From the human T2T-CHM13v2.0 reference genome, Homo sapiens, in NCBI RefSeq assembly GCF_009914755.1, contig NC_060932.1: 64,000 bases of DNA; one strand, 5' to 3'. Positions 16,991 to 30,209 of this stretch are shown one piece after another (position 1 is the first letter of the stretch; each line of letters starts with the position of its first letter). The notes beneath the pieces are model-generated. The model made no database searches and was not told the origin of the DNA. It saw only the letters and a program-made list of their open reading frames with translations. Both the position numbers and the translations under genes were made by a program.

Positions 16991-17204
16991 TTGAGACATA
17001 GAGAAAAAATATATATACTATATGATCTAAAGCCGTACACTACAAGATGGTCTCTTATAATAATCTCGAATACCTTTTATAGATTTAAAGATACACAAAT
17101 CTACAGATATAAATTTTTCCTCAAAAGGACCAAATAATAAATAATTTATGCCTTTTGGACAGTGTCAGTTTCTGTTGAAAAAAATTCGTTTTCTGCTTTT
17201 TAAA

Positions 17205-17302
17205 TAATTTTTTAAACTGTAAAAATTATTTTTGACTCATGGGTCATATAAAAATAAAGGTCATGGGCTGGATTTAGTATAAATGCAATAGTTTACTGGC
17301 CC
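17205..17302 (+). mobile_element. MER58-like fragment
   Basis: tgtaaaaattatttttgactcatgggtcatataaaaa...gggctggattt...tagtttactggcccc. Confidence 0.5.
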
Positions 17303-18054
17303 CAAGACCGAAGTCAGTAAACCCCTACTGTGTAGAGAAATATCATACTGCATAGAAAAAAATTCCGCATTTATCACCATTGTAAAATTACTTCTAAAAT
17401 GGGAACAAGTAAAGAGTCAGAATGACTTAGCACAATCTTAACATTCTCGCTTCTGATCAAGGTGCAGTTACAGGGATTAGCTGTACCTGGCCACCTGAAA
17501 CAAATGAAAAGCCATATAAGAGATATAAAATACTAGTTTTTCAATATATTGAACATAAAGCAAGGAAAGTTAGTTACCCCTGAGATATGGGAATCTACGT
17601 GTTTGTGTTGAGCACTATGACTGCAGCTACTGCCTAGAGAAAGTTTCTAGCCTGGGATGCAGGGGTTATAATAGTACTGTGTGAGCCACTGCTACTCTTC
17701 CTTCTAAGATGCGTGAAGGGGAAACCCTGGTGAAAGTGAGAGTCTCTTGCTAGACTTATAGGCCCAGGCATGTAAGTCTAGCTCTCTCCATCAAGGAGAG
17801 AGCTAGAAAGAGAGCTAGCCCTGGAGATCTGCGGAGTCATCCCCACGTCCCCGCCCACCCCACTCCCTCTGGCTAAGTCTTCAGTTGAGGAATGATCAAT
17901 GAATGCATATGAGGAAACTACCTGAAGTCAGAGAAAGAACACCCCAAGAGGATTAGAAGGAGCAATAGCAGGGGCTCACAGGACTATCATAACTCCTGTT
18001 CCTAGCAGCCGGAGTGGAAAACCTTATCATTTATGATGCATCAGGTAAAGCTGA

Positions 18055-18190
18055 CCTCAGCAAACTTTTTCTCTAAAGAGCCAGAGACTAAATATATTAG
18101 GCTTTGAGGACGACGTGCAGTATTTTATTTTATACAAGTCTTTAAAAATGTAAAAATCATTTTAGATCAAAGGCTATAGAAACAAACATA
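18055..18190 (+). mobile_element. MER58-like fragment
   Basis: tcagcaaactttttctctaaagagccagagactaaatatattaggctttg...tttaaaaatgtaaaaatcatt. Confidence 0.55.
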
Positions 18191-18291
18191 AGCCAAATCA
18201 TCAAGAACATTTGTAGAAATACAGAAATACCCAGCACCCCCCAAAATTAAATCAACAATATCTGGGAAGCAAGCAAAAATGACTAAGCATA

Positions 18292-18970
18292 TATCATCCA
18301 AAAGACCACCAGGAGGGCTACATAGTAGAAAGGAAAGCTTTATTGGAAATGTTAGTTTTCAAACCAGGTAGAGACAGTATCTTGCATGGATTGAAAGTGC
18401 TATCTCTTCACAGAGGGAAATGACAGGTTGACTGTTATGCCTCATAAAGTTCATATTATACAATCGAGTCATACATATTTTTCAGATAAGGAGAAAAACT
18501 ATATATTTATGAGAGGAACTGAGTGCATGTGCAATGAGTAAACATATATGTAATATATATTTCGTGCTCACTTTAGGGCAGGGTTTCAGCATTAAAATGA
18601 GGTGGAATTTGACTCTTTATATCAAAAGATGAACCATAGGACACAAAGTTTGTGCATGGTCTCTACAAGCTACTGAAACTGATGTAAGCTTTGAGTTGCT
18701 TATGAGAAAAGAATATTTGTAAGGACGGTCCTCCACCAAATAAGAGCTATGGTGGTCTGGGTTGTAAATCAGATAGGAGGAGTCTGATACTTCCTGTTCT
18801 TAGGGATTTCAGCAAGAGTGTGGGGTTTTTTTGTTTGTTTTTGTGTTTTTTTCTTGTAGCTGTAGGATTTTAAAAATTTGCCATAACAGCCAGGCCCTGA
18901 ATCCTTGATCCACAGGTAACTTTTTTTAAAAATTTATTTTAACCATAATGTCTGTCTTAGGTGATAACAG
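18292..18970 (-). mobile_element. MER4-group ERV1 LTR (subfamily not resolved)
   Basis: aaaagaccaccagg..tagtagaaaggaaagctttattgg (poly(A) signal on minus), gcattaaaatgaggtggaattt; interrupts L1. Confidence 0.65.
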
Positions 18971-21022
18971 TGAATTTCAGATCAGACATGCAAAAAAAGG
19001 TGAAAAACACAACCAATAATTGGGAGAAAAATCAGTCAATAGAAAATGATCAAAAAGTGGTACGTATGATTGAAATAGTTGACAAAGTCTTTAACAGAGC
19101 TATTTTAATTTTATTATAGACATTCACAGGATTGGAGGAAAGATCGTCATGTTATCTAAGGAGAGAAAATATATAAAAGACTCGAATATAGTTCAAGAGA
19201 TAAAAACAAACAATTATGAAGTAAGAAAATACACAAGGTAGATAGAATAATCAGTAGATTAGTTATAGAAACGCATAGTAACTTTGAGGATATAGTAATA
19301 GAATATAGTATTAGAAAGTATTCAAAATGAGAGAACAATTCTGAAAAAAAGTAAACAGAGCATCAGCATGTTGTGAGACAAGACCAAGCAGACTACTGTT
19401 TGTGCAAATTAATGTTCCAAAGAAGATAAGAAAGAAGGAGGGGTGGAAAAGCTGTTTGAAAATATAATGGTCAATATTTTGCAAGTTTGATGAAGGCTAT
19501 AAGCCCACAAATCCAAGAAATTCAACACAACCTAAGCACAAGAAAAGTGGCAGGGCGGGGCGGGGAGCTACAACAAAGCAAATTATAATCTCACTTCTTA
19601 AGAACAGCAATAAATCAAAGTTTTTAAATAGCCTGGAGAAAGATATCATGTGCACAAACAAACATAAGAATGACAGCAGACCTATCATCAAAAAGGATTT
19701 AAGCCAGAATGCACTGGAATAGCTAGCTTTAAAATAATGACAGGAAAAAAAGAAAAAGTCAACTTGGAATTCAATTGCCAATAAAATATCTTTGAAAACT
19801 GAATGTGAAATGAAGACTTATTCAGACATGTAGAACCTGAAAGAATTCATCATAGACCTGACTTACAATAAATATTAAATAAAGCCCTACAGGCAGAAGA
19901 TAAATGGTAACCTACAGAAATCTGGTTCTACTCGAAGGAATAATGAGGAATAGAAATGGTAATTACTTGGGTAAAAGTAAATGTTTAAATCTGTTTTAGA
20001 GATAATTGAGCATTCAAAGCAAAATACAATAACATCATTGTGGAGTTTATGGTACAAGTAGAAGTGAAATCTATGGTAATATGCAAAGGTCAAATAGGAG
20101 AAGGTGAACTATGGTTTGATAAGCTAGATTGTATGTAAAGCAACATAAAACTACTTGAGCGAAGAGGGCAATAATAAGTTAAATCTGTAAAATGTAAACT
20201 CTAAACATCTATTAAATAAAAGTTGTAGTAAATAAGCCAAAAAAAGGAAGATATAAAAGGGACATATAAAACATACTTAATTCAAAACAAAAGGCAGAAA
20301 ATAAACACACCAAACAATAACAACAACAACAACAAAACCCAGAACAGATTAAAAAAATAGAAAACAAGGAGAAAAGAAAGGAATTTAAACTCTAAGGGTT
20401 AATAATAACATTAAATGTAACTTATGTAAATATCCCAATTAAATAACAGAAATTATCAGATCAGATAAAGAAGCAAAACCCAACAAATTGCTTTCTACAT
20501 TAAACTCATTTTAAATATTAAGAAAAATATAGGTTAAATCAAAGGTTGGAAAATATACACTGCTAACATGAAGCAAAATAAAGATGAATGACCCATATTA
20601 ATATTAAATAAAGTTGATTTCAGGGCAAAAAATATTACTAGGAATATTGGTGGTCACTTCATAATGAAGACGGAATTAGCAACTGTTTTAGTAACAGAGC
20701 TTTAAAACTAATGTAGTAAAATCTAACTGAACCTCAAGAATAAATAGACAAATTCTCAACTATAGTCACAGATCTCAAGTCTTTTTTAATGATTGATAGA
20801 AAGTCAGATATCGAACAGGTGAAGGGCATTATTCTCCAACTTGCTTTAATTGACACTTATGGCACAGTCCATTAAACACTAGCAGCGTGCATATTCCTTT
20901 CAAGTGCGTAATAACTTTTACCAAGAAAGACAATATTATTTGCCATAAAACCAACCTTAAAAAATTTAAACAGATTCCAGTCATACAAAGTATGTTCTCT
21001 AACAACAATGGAATAAAATTAC

Positions 21023-21377
21023 TGTAGGACTGTCTCCTTAGTTCAGCTAAAAACAGGATTATTGTCACACAACCGTGAAAGATTAGGCTCACATACACTT
21101 TAAGGGGTGAGAAAAATGGAATTTACTGGACAAAAAAGAAAAAAAAAGGGAAACAAGGACTCTCAGAAAAGTAAGAGTTCTGCTAACAGGTTTCCCTCCT
21201 TGCAGATTGAATCCAGGTACATATGTACCCTACTTGAACCCCGGAACAGGAGAAACCAGGCTCCTCCCCGCTGCAAATGGCATGAACTTCCCGAGGCTCC
21301 ACCCCAGTGCTCACTCCTCCCAGTGCACAGGCCAGTCGGAGGCTCTGCCGGGGAGCCCTTTTTACTTGGCCGTCTCA
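21023..21377 (-). mobile_element. MER61A-like solo LTR
   Basis: tgtaggactgtctccttagttcagctaaaaac ... ggccgtctca; flanked by aaattac on both sides. Confidence 0.8.
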
Positions 21378-22299
21378 AAATTACTAGCGAATAATAGAAA
21401 GGCACATTTTGGAATCTACAAAAGAGCTGGTAGAACTAATAAGTATATTTAGGAAGTTTGCAGTATACAAATACACAAACCTCAATTGTATTTCTATAAT
21501 ATTAGCAAGAAAACATCAGAAATAGTAATTTTAAAATAAAACTATTTGCAATAATGTCAAAAATGTTAAATACTTAGACTGAATCTGACAAAAGTGAAAG
21601 ATCCATAGACTGACAAATTGAAAACCCTGCTAAGAGAAAGTAAGGAGAGCTAAATAAATGGAAAGTTGGCCTCTGACATCATGGAAAGACTCAGTATTGT
21701 TAAAATGCCAGTTCTCTCCAAATTGATATACATATTCATCACCACCCTAATCAAAATGCCAATGGGCATAGTTTGGGAAGTTGAGAAGCTAATTCAAAAT
21801 TCATGTGGAAATGATGAGGACTTAGAATAACTGTAACAACTTTGAATAGAAAAGAACAAAATTGGAGAAATTACGTTAATTGGAGGATTCAGGACTTATT
21901 ATAAATCTACAATATCAAGACAATGTAGTATAGAATAAATATAGATTAATAACTCAATGGGAACAGGATAAAGATTTCAGAAATAAATCACACATATGGG
22001 GTCAACTTTCAAAAAGGGCTAACAACAACCGCAATTCTAGCACAATTCTTGACAAACATATTACAATCATCAGATATCCCTATGCAAAAAAGATGAACTT
22101 TAATCCATAAATTGCACCCTAAAAATTAAATCACAGTCTAGATGTGAAACTTATGAGAAAACATAAAAGACAAACTCTGTGAACTTGGGTTAAGAAAAAT
22201 TTCTTAGATATGATACTGAAACCAAAAATTTGTATTACACTTTTTTAAACAATTACACTTCCTGATATTATGAAGTATATAATTGAATAAAATATTCAC

Positions 22300-22990
22300 A
22301 TAAGTCTAAAACTAATATATCCTATAGGATATGAAACAAAAAAAACAAAATTAAATATTTAACCACTTCTGTATGTATAAAGAATTATCCATGTGTCAAT
22401 AAATTTAAGTGGTGTTATGTCTGTAATCATGTACCACTCCTGTTTACTTTCTTGCTTTTATAAACTCGTTTCACAAATATTTTCTGCAATTGGAATTAGA
22501 AAACTGTTTTGAAAAGATTGAGGTTTATATTTGCAAATCTCCCTAATGGCACAAAATGTCATATAAATGCTAATTTTCTTAGGTATTTATTAATTTTAAA
22601 GCAAATCTCAATAACTCTTTGCATTTTAGAAAAGCTTCTTAACACAAAAATTCAATGTTCATTTTCAACATTAATTAAATCTGAAAACGTGCCTAAGAAG
22701 TAGAAAATGAGTGTATTAAACCAGTTCTCCCAGTGCCTAAAGCACTCACTGTTAGTTAACAAGGCAGCTTTGGAAATTGTTAATTCCTATAAGCTTATGA
22801 GCACATTACTCAGGATGCTGGGAAAGGAACTTGCTTATCTGTGCTCTAGACATTCAAAACAAACAATGCAGAACTTGCAAAAGACTGTTTTAATTATTAG
22901 AAATTTCAGAATCGATTTATTATTTTATCCTATGATATTATGTATTTTAGTGGTTAGGCATGAATTTGGACTTTGTTAAATACAAGCCTT
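22300..22990 (-). mobile_element. Possible highly decayed hAT/Charlie transposase C-terminal fragment
   Basis: Minus strand ctaattccaattgcagaaaatatttgtgaaacgagttt (LIPIAENICETS) resembles the hAT dimerisation motif LxPFxTTYLCExGFS; weak NW..PF-like motif upstream. Confidence 0.35.
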
Positions 22991-23089
22991 TTTATTGGTG
23001 TTATTTTATGTATATAGAATTACATGATTGTGGTGATGAGTTATTTTAATTCGTTGTTTTAAATAGTAAATCGATGTGTGTTTGTATTG

Positions 23090-23430
23090 TGTAGTGTGTG
23101 TTAAATAGCATTCAAAAGGCACATGTATTGAAAATAAGTCTTTCTATTCTGTGTCCTAATCACTGTTCCTTTCCTTTGTGATTTCCCTTACAGATGGTCA
23201 TGTGCTGAAAACTGTTCTCCAACTAGGTTGGATCCCTTCCAATGTATTTTGAAGGTGTTTCCTTATCAGTTTGTATAAACCTACCTCATTCTTTTTAGGT
23301 GGCAAAGTATGGCTGTAGCATAATTAATGCAGCTAGTCTCTGATTGATGGGCATTTATTTTGTTTGAAATAATTTGCCAGCATAAGCAGCACTGCCCGGA
23401 ACGTTGCTGTGTACATGTGCACACATAAGA
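23090..23430 (-). mobile_element. Old L1ME 3' fragment
   Basis: acctcattctttttag..., attgatgggcattta, gtgtacatgtgca. Confidence 0.5.
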
Positions 23431-23602
23431 AAACTGAAGATGTTTGAACCAGGGAATGAGTCTCTGTTCAGAAAGGCAAGGCATCCGCTCGGTGCCTTTG
23501 TCAAACGGTGGAACAGGAGCATGCCTGTGGCAGTCCGCGCCTCCCTTCCCCAGCCAGTCCTGGAAGGAGGCCATGCCGGTCTCCATACCTGGGAGAAACC
23601 CA

Positions 23603-24356
23603 TGAGGACGAAGCTCTGATTTTTTATTTTCCCCAAATTCCTACCTAAGGGGTCTAGGGAGTCATGCCCTGAAAACCATAAATTCTCATCAGATGGGTTT
23701 TATTTGACCCTATATATCGTGACTTACTTTTCAATCTGACTGTGGTATATAACATTATGAGACAAGGAAAAATTATTTAACCCCAAAATATATTTCCTTG
23801 CCATACCTTGAAATTGACCTGCAAAGTCTCTTGAGGGAAAAATCCACATTCTATAGAGAATCCCCATTCCCCTTTGTTTTCCTTCCTTCCTTTCCAAATC
23901 CAGGAGATAATCAACTAAGAGCCAGGCACCCTTTTAAGTCCAATAAGAAACAGTTTACAACCTGCTGTCTCTGAAGTCTGCTATCTGAGAGCTTCCTCTG
24001 CACAATAAAACTTGGTCTCCACAATCCTTTATCTTAACCTGAACATTTCCTTTGATCCCAGATCTTCAGATAAACTCAACCATTGTCAACCAGAAAATGT
24101 TTAAATTTACCTATCGCCTGGAAGCCCCTGCTTTGAGTTGTCCTGCCCTTCTGAACAAAACCAATGTATTCCTTAAATGTATTTGATTGATGTCTCATGC
24201 CTCCCCAAAATATATAAAACCCAGCTGTACCCCGACCACCTTGGGCACATGTTCTCAGGACCTCCTGAGGGCTATGTCATGGGCCATGGCCACTCATACT
24301 TGGCTCAGAATAGATTTCTTAAAATATTTTACAAAGTTTGACACTTTTCATTGACA
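23603..24356 (+). mobile_element. MER4-family solo LTR (MER4E-like)
   Basis: tgaggacgaagctctgattttt...aaattctcatcagatgggtttt; end ttttcattgaca; TSD ccca/cctg (consistent with CpG-decayed cccg). Confidence 0.85.
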
Positions 24357-24787
24357 CCTGGGTGCCAATCTGGATGCCCTCAAGGGTGGCATCAGAGCAT
24401 ATCTGGGATTGGTCAGAGCTGGGAAAACAGCTCAGGATTCACCGACAATGTTTGTGACAATCATCACATTCTCAGTCAACTAGAAACTCCCAGGGCAGGA
24501 AAATGACCACAGAAGTTCCCCTCCTAAGGCTGCTGCTCTTGGGTCACTGGGTGCAGAGTGTGAGGAAAACGTGGGGACTGCGATTTTCAGTCCTGATGGC
24601 TCAGATGAGCTGGTGACTGTCGCTTAAGCTGACTCAAAGGGAGGTCATCTCATTTTCCCTTCATTCATTGCCTCACAAAGTAACTGATAACCCCAGTGGT
24701 TAAGAGCTCATGAGCAAACATAGAAAGATTTTTGAGAAACACAACATATTAAAACTTTAAAAAACAAACAAACAAAAACAACAATCC

Positions 24788-24960
24788 TGTGTGGAATGCT
24801 GTGGTGCATCCCCAAGATCTCCCTGCAGGACTAAGGTGATCAGCTTTCCAGGTGCTGGGAGAGTTGGGAACTGACTGGTCTTCATGGAGCCCCCGAGGAA
24901 CTAGCCACCTGTCAAAGGGAGTTGACATGGCCAAGGTTACAGCCCCTTCCTGCCGGCAGG
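24788..24960 (+). mobile_element. ERVL LTR16/LTR33-like 5' fragment
   Basis: gatctccctgcaggactaagg..gctgggagagttgg..ccaaggttacagccccttcc. Confidence 0.5.
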
Positions 24961-25289
24961 AAAACTCAGATCCTGGCCCCCTTTCATTTACTTTTCTTGT
25001 GCACTAAGATAAGGGAAAATCATTGCCTATGCTAATGGAGGGAACCTCAGAGCCAAGCCCTAAGCCGCGTGGCAGGAATGAGAAGGACACTACGCCTTCT
25101 CATTAGAGCCTCCGCCACCCCCCCACTACTTTAAAAGGATAAGCTGGCTCACGTAGCAGGTTACATGACACTAGGTCGCCTGAAAGCCTCAAGAAAATTT
25201 CCACGCAAAGAGGAACACTGAAAACATTGTATAACCCAACCCAGTGGCGTTTACCTTTTAGTTTTTTATCTCAGCTCTGAGAAACCCAG

Positions 25290-25903
25290 TGAAGCAGTTA
25301 CATTATCTGGGGCAAATACCCAGGGTTTGTCATCTCGAGCCACGAAAATTTAGGACACGGACACACACGAGGAGTTTAGGAGTGGAAGTTTAATAGGCAA
25401 AAGAAAGAGAAAGGAAAAGAGCTCTCTCTCTAGTGAGAGAGAGGGTACTTCCGAGAGGAAAAGGTCGGAGGTGGATGAGCCAGATTTTATAGTCCGGCTT
25501 GAGGAGGCTGTATCTCATTTATTGTAGGGCTCACAGATTGGTTCAATCAGATGTGACGTTTACATAGTCCTGGGGGAAGGCTGGTTACCCCACCCTAATC
25601 TTACTATGCAAATGAACTCACCTCTTGTCTCTCAACTTGTCAGCTTTTTACTGTACAGATGGCTGGCAGAGAAGGGAAGATGGAGCTGCCATCTTGAACA
25701 TGTCTAGTCCCAGGTAGTTCTTTCCTGGCGACATTCACCTGTGCAAGCTCCCAGCTTCCTTGTCTATGTCTGCAGCTCGACTTTACAGGCTACTCTTTGT
25801 TAGAAAATGATTTGGGGCTTCTTTTCATTAAAAGGAAAACCTTCCCGAGGACTTCTGTACCCTCACTATCTGCCTAAGTAATTTCTTCTTAACTCCTGTA
25901 TCA
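25290..25903 (-). mobile_element. LTR9-like solo LTR
   Basis: Minus strand starts tgatacaggagttaagaagaaattacttaggcagatagtgaggg; TSD ccag/ccaa; ATGCAAAT at 25606-25613. Confidence 0.8.
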
Positions 25904-26010
25904 CCAAGATTCAAAGTAAAATGGGGATTCTTAATTTCTAAAGATTCTTGAATCTTGAATCCTGAATCACCAAGATTCAAAGTAAAAATGGGATTCTTAA
26001 TTTCTAAAGA
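25900..26010. repeat. ~45-bp direct duplication with an inverted templated spacer
   Basis: atcaccaagattcaaagtaaaa(a)tggg(g)attcttaatttctaaaga twice, separated by ttcttgaatcttgaatcctga. Confidence 0.9.
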
Positions 26011-26338
26011 ACCTAGTGCTCTATCTTCTGGCTATGCCTTGGAAGCTGCAAATACACAATTCACTTTGGTAAGTGAAACCTTACTAAAGATAATTTTGAA
26101 TTACAGTACCATTATGTGTGTTATAGTAGGTAGGTAGCCAGACATGAGCAGGGAAGAAGAGGGCCACCACACCACCAGGAGTGTCAGGCAACTGTGAGGT
26201 GATGGTCAGATCGTTGTTAAACTGTCTCTCTACAATAGTAAGTGGTCACAGCCGGCTCCAGGGAAAGGCGTTCTCCTAGTAGACAGAAAACACCTGAAGA
26301 TGATAATCAGCAGCTTCCCTATAAGATCTCAGGAGTTG

Positions 26339-26633
<295 letters not shown>

Positions 26634-26984
26634 TCAGGAGTCAGGTGAGTGGGCTCAAGCATGCACACTGAAAAGCAAAATGGCAGAGTTTAATTGCTCT
26701 ATGACCTTCCTCTAGGAAACACTCAACTGACAGGGGAGGAATGCCTCAAGTCAGCAGGTGAACAACTCCAGTAAGCACACTGTGCACGCAACCCCTCCGA
26801 AGTGCTGACAAGCCACTGCACATATGGGTGCCTACCCCAAGGGAAGAATCAAGGAACATAACCCTGGAAGCCTGTCAATGTAGTAGACCCCAAGTCAAAG
26901 GTCAAACTGCACCCTTGAGTTTTTCAAGTCACCAGCTTGGTCCTCTTCCAAGTGTACTTTACTTCCTTTCTTTCCTGTTATAAA

Positions 26985-27766
26985 CTTTTTTTTTTTTTTT
27001 CATGACAGAGTCTCGCTTGTTGGCCAGGCTGGAGTTTAGTGGCATGATCTCAGCTCACTGACTGCAACCTCTGCCTCCTGGGCTCAAGCAATTCTCCTGC
27101 CTCAGCCTCCCTAGTAGCTGGGATTACAGGTGTGTGCCACCACACCCGGCTACTTTTTGTATTTTTAGTAGTGTTAGGTATGAGTTCTAAATTTCTTTTC
27201 AAAGAATAAATATGTCAGTATGTTCAATTCTTTGCCTTCTACTTTTAAACTTAACTTCCTCATAAAGCAACCTTTTTCGATTACCTGCTCCACACTGACT
27301 CATTCTGATTACCTGCTACCTGCTCTGCCCTGACTCATTCTCCACCCTGTATAACCATTTTTTTCCCGCCAAACCACTCACCCCGTCACTCTCTTTAAAT
27401 TAGCCAGTCGGAATTAGTTTAGCCTGTGCGGTCTAACCCTAGCCAATAGGGAAATGACACAGCAGCAGGGGACACATGCATCAGGGATAAGAACCCCTTT
27501 CCCTCCCTTCTCCAGGTGTGCACTCACCACTGCCCCATCTGTAAGGGCGTACCCTTCTATGGAAGTAACCTGCCTTGCTGAGAATTAAAAAGAAAAATTT
27601 ATATTCGAGTGCTATTTCTTTTGTGGCACTGAAACTTATTTATAACAGTAGAGGCGGGGTTTCACCATGTTGGCCATGCTGGTCTCGAACTCCTGACCTC
27701 AGGTAATCCACCTGCCTCAGCCTCCTAAAGTGCTGGGATTACAGGTGTGAGCCACCGCACCTGGCC
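26985..27766 (-). mobile_element. AluS split by LTR10F-like insertion
   Basis: Right arm 26985-27171, left arm 27648-27766; TSD tataaacttttt. Confidence 0.95.
27172..27647 (+). mobile_element. LTR10F-like solo LTR (HERV-I/HERVIP10 family)
   Basis: tgttaggtatgagttctaaatttcttttcaaagaa...tataaca; perfect TSD gtag; TGACTCA at 27296 and 27331. Confidence 0.85.
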
Positions 27767-29063
27767 TATAAACTTTTTAATAAACTTTCACTCCTGCTCT
27801 AAAACTTTCCTCAGTCTCTCCTTCTGCCTTATGTCCCTTAGTCAAATGTTTTCTTCCGAGGAGGCAAGAATTGAGGTTGCTGCAGACTCACATGGATTTG
27901 CTGCTGCTAATGTGGAACATTTCAGATGGACAAGACTATTCATTGATGAAGTGCATTTGGAAATAAGGGCTCCCAAATTAGACCTATCCAGAGAAGCCTA
28001 TTTTAATTGATGTGCAGAAAAGTCTAAAAAAGATTTTTTTTAAAACCGCCTGTTTAAAAGACTCTTTACAAAAGGCAAATGGAGTGCTTAAGCAACTAAT
28101 TGATAAGAACAATTAAATCTGATAGTGTTTTTAATTAGTTGCCATGGCTCCCTGCAGAGAAAGAGAATGCTAGATAAATGTTTATAAAAGTGAAATCTTC
28201 AGGTTAACTGGGTTTGTTTCTTTAGCTACCCTTACATCCTCCTAAATTCTTCGTCAGAGCCATCTATGCTGACCCCAGGGATAGTAAATGCTTGCTAATG
28301 AACTCTGCTATGACTTTAGTAATCTAGTAAAACATGGGAGCTGAACTGGAAAGCCTAGAATTTCACATAACATTGCCTTTGCTGACCATCTTGTCTTAAC
28401 TTCGCTCTTCATGCCTTTCCTTATCCCAGCAAACTGTGGCATTTAGAACCAAAATCTAAATTCTTTGCCTTTGAAATGTAAATTTTCTAGCTAGGACTCA
28501 TCCCTTTGGAAATGACAATTTAGGGTGGTCTAGCTCACAATTGCTTAGGGCAATGGAACAGACAATTGAAAAATTGGTAATCTCAAAGGGTAGGAAAAAA
28601 ATTGGAACTGTCAAATAGAAAATCTTAATTAAAACTTTAAGATCTTTGCATCTATCTGTATGTTTATGTATGCACATCTGTTTGTATATGTGTGATATTT
28701 TTCTGCTTCCAAATAGTGTACAACTAATTTATTAAATTCTTTGAAGGAGTTCTGTTCAAATTGGCTTAGGGATAAATGAGTTCTCATACAAATTAAGTAT
28801 TTACAAAACCTTCAGAAAAGTAGAAACTGACCCAATATTTTCCTACATTCATGTGATTTGGTTTAATTTTTGGCAAATAAAAGCTGGTTTTAACATTTTA
28901 GTAAAATAAAATAGAAATGTCTTCAAAATTGTCAGCATTAAAAACGCACGCACACGTCCATTTTTACCTAAATTTACTATTAGTCAACAAGCTTATGGTA
29001 TCTCCTAGATGTCTCAGGTAATAAAACTATAAATCCAACCTAAGAGCAGAAGGCAGAGTTAAA

Positions 29064-29298
29064 ATAAATTATTTGATGCATGTGAGTCAAAAAGCAAAAA
29101 GATGGTGGGAAAAACTGTGTTTACAGTTTTATTTGGGGGACCTTGAGAAGGAAAGAATTCACCCAAATCTTCAGGTGTTAAAAATAAGTTATTTGATGCA
29201 TTTCAGTCAAGGAAGTAAAAAGACAGAGGAAAGAACCATGTTTAAAGTCTTATTTTGGGGGCCTTGAGAAGAGAATTCACCCAAATCTTTAGGTGTTG
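29064..29298. repeat. Diverged ~118-bp tandem duplication inside ERV internal sequence
   Basis: ttatttgatgcat..agtcaa..tattt(t)ggggg.ccttgagaag..agaattcacccaaatctt.aggtgtt occurs twice. Confidence 0.85.
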
Positions 29299-29826
29299 CA
29301 AACACAGTATGATGGCAAGTCTTTGGCTTGGCTTCTTAACCTCAATAGGCTTTGAAATATCTAATCTGAAATTCCTTGTCAAAAGTTCCAGCAAAGCACA
29401 CTTAAAATGTTCCCATATAGGCAATCACTATTCTTGGTACACTTAATAATCAGGCTATGTTTAATGAGACTAGTCCTATTTTGCAGACAAATTGGTCTTA
29501 TGTGGTTATCTTCAGTAGGATTGGCAGTGACAGTAAAGAGAAAGATAATGTTTCAGAAGAAAATGGTACACCTGTTACTAGATTTAGCCCTGTTCATGGT
29601 TTTGAAGCTTTTTATTATTTACCTGTAAACTGGACTGGACCTGAACCCTTCTGTTTTCCTACAGTCCCGTTTTCTCCCACTTGGCATCTCTGAGAACAAG
29701 AACTGCTCTGTCCCTGAAGCCCTACAGGCTGAAGCTGGACAGCTTGACATAAATTTCAGCGGCTTGTGCCTAACCTGCAGTTCACTCAGAGAGTTCACCA
29801 AAATGCTCAATGCCATAACTGGAGAT

Positions 29827-30209
29827 TGATATGGTTTGGCTCTGTGCCCCTACCCAAATCTCATGTTGACTTGTAATCCCCAGTGTGGGGGGAGGGACCT
29901 GGTGAGAGGTGATTGGATCATGTGGGCAGATGTCCCCCTTGCTATTCTTGTGATACTGCGTGAGTTCTCATGAGGTCCGGGTTTTTGAAAATATGTAGCA
30001 CCTCTCCCTCTGCTCTCTCTCCCCTGCTCTGCTATATGAAGATGTACTTGTGTCCCTTTGCCCTTCCAGCATGATTGTAGGTTTCCTGAGACCTCCCCAA
30101 CCACTCCTTCTTACAGCCTGCAGAACTGTGAGTCAATTAAACCTTTTTTCTTTATAAATTACCCAGTCTCAGGCAGTACTTTATAGCAGTGTGAGAATGA
30201 AGCAATACA
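29827..30209 (+). mobile_element. MaLR solo LTR (MSTA/THE1D-like)
   Basis: tgatatggtttggctctgtg...aataca; perfect 5-bp TSD gagat. Confidence 0.9.

Larger units (their letters stand above)
17445..22230 (+). mobile_element. Old L1M (L1MD/ME-like): 5'UTR, ORF1 and deleted ORF2, interrupted by MER58 and two LTRs
   Basis: ORF1 C-terminal motifs (aaatatctttgaaaactgaatgtgaaatgaagact), endonuclease-region and late ORF2 motifs. Confidence 0.8.
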
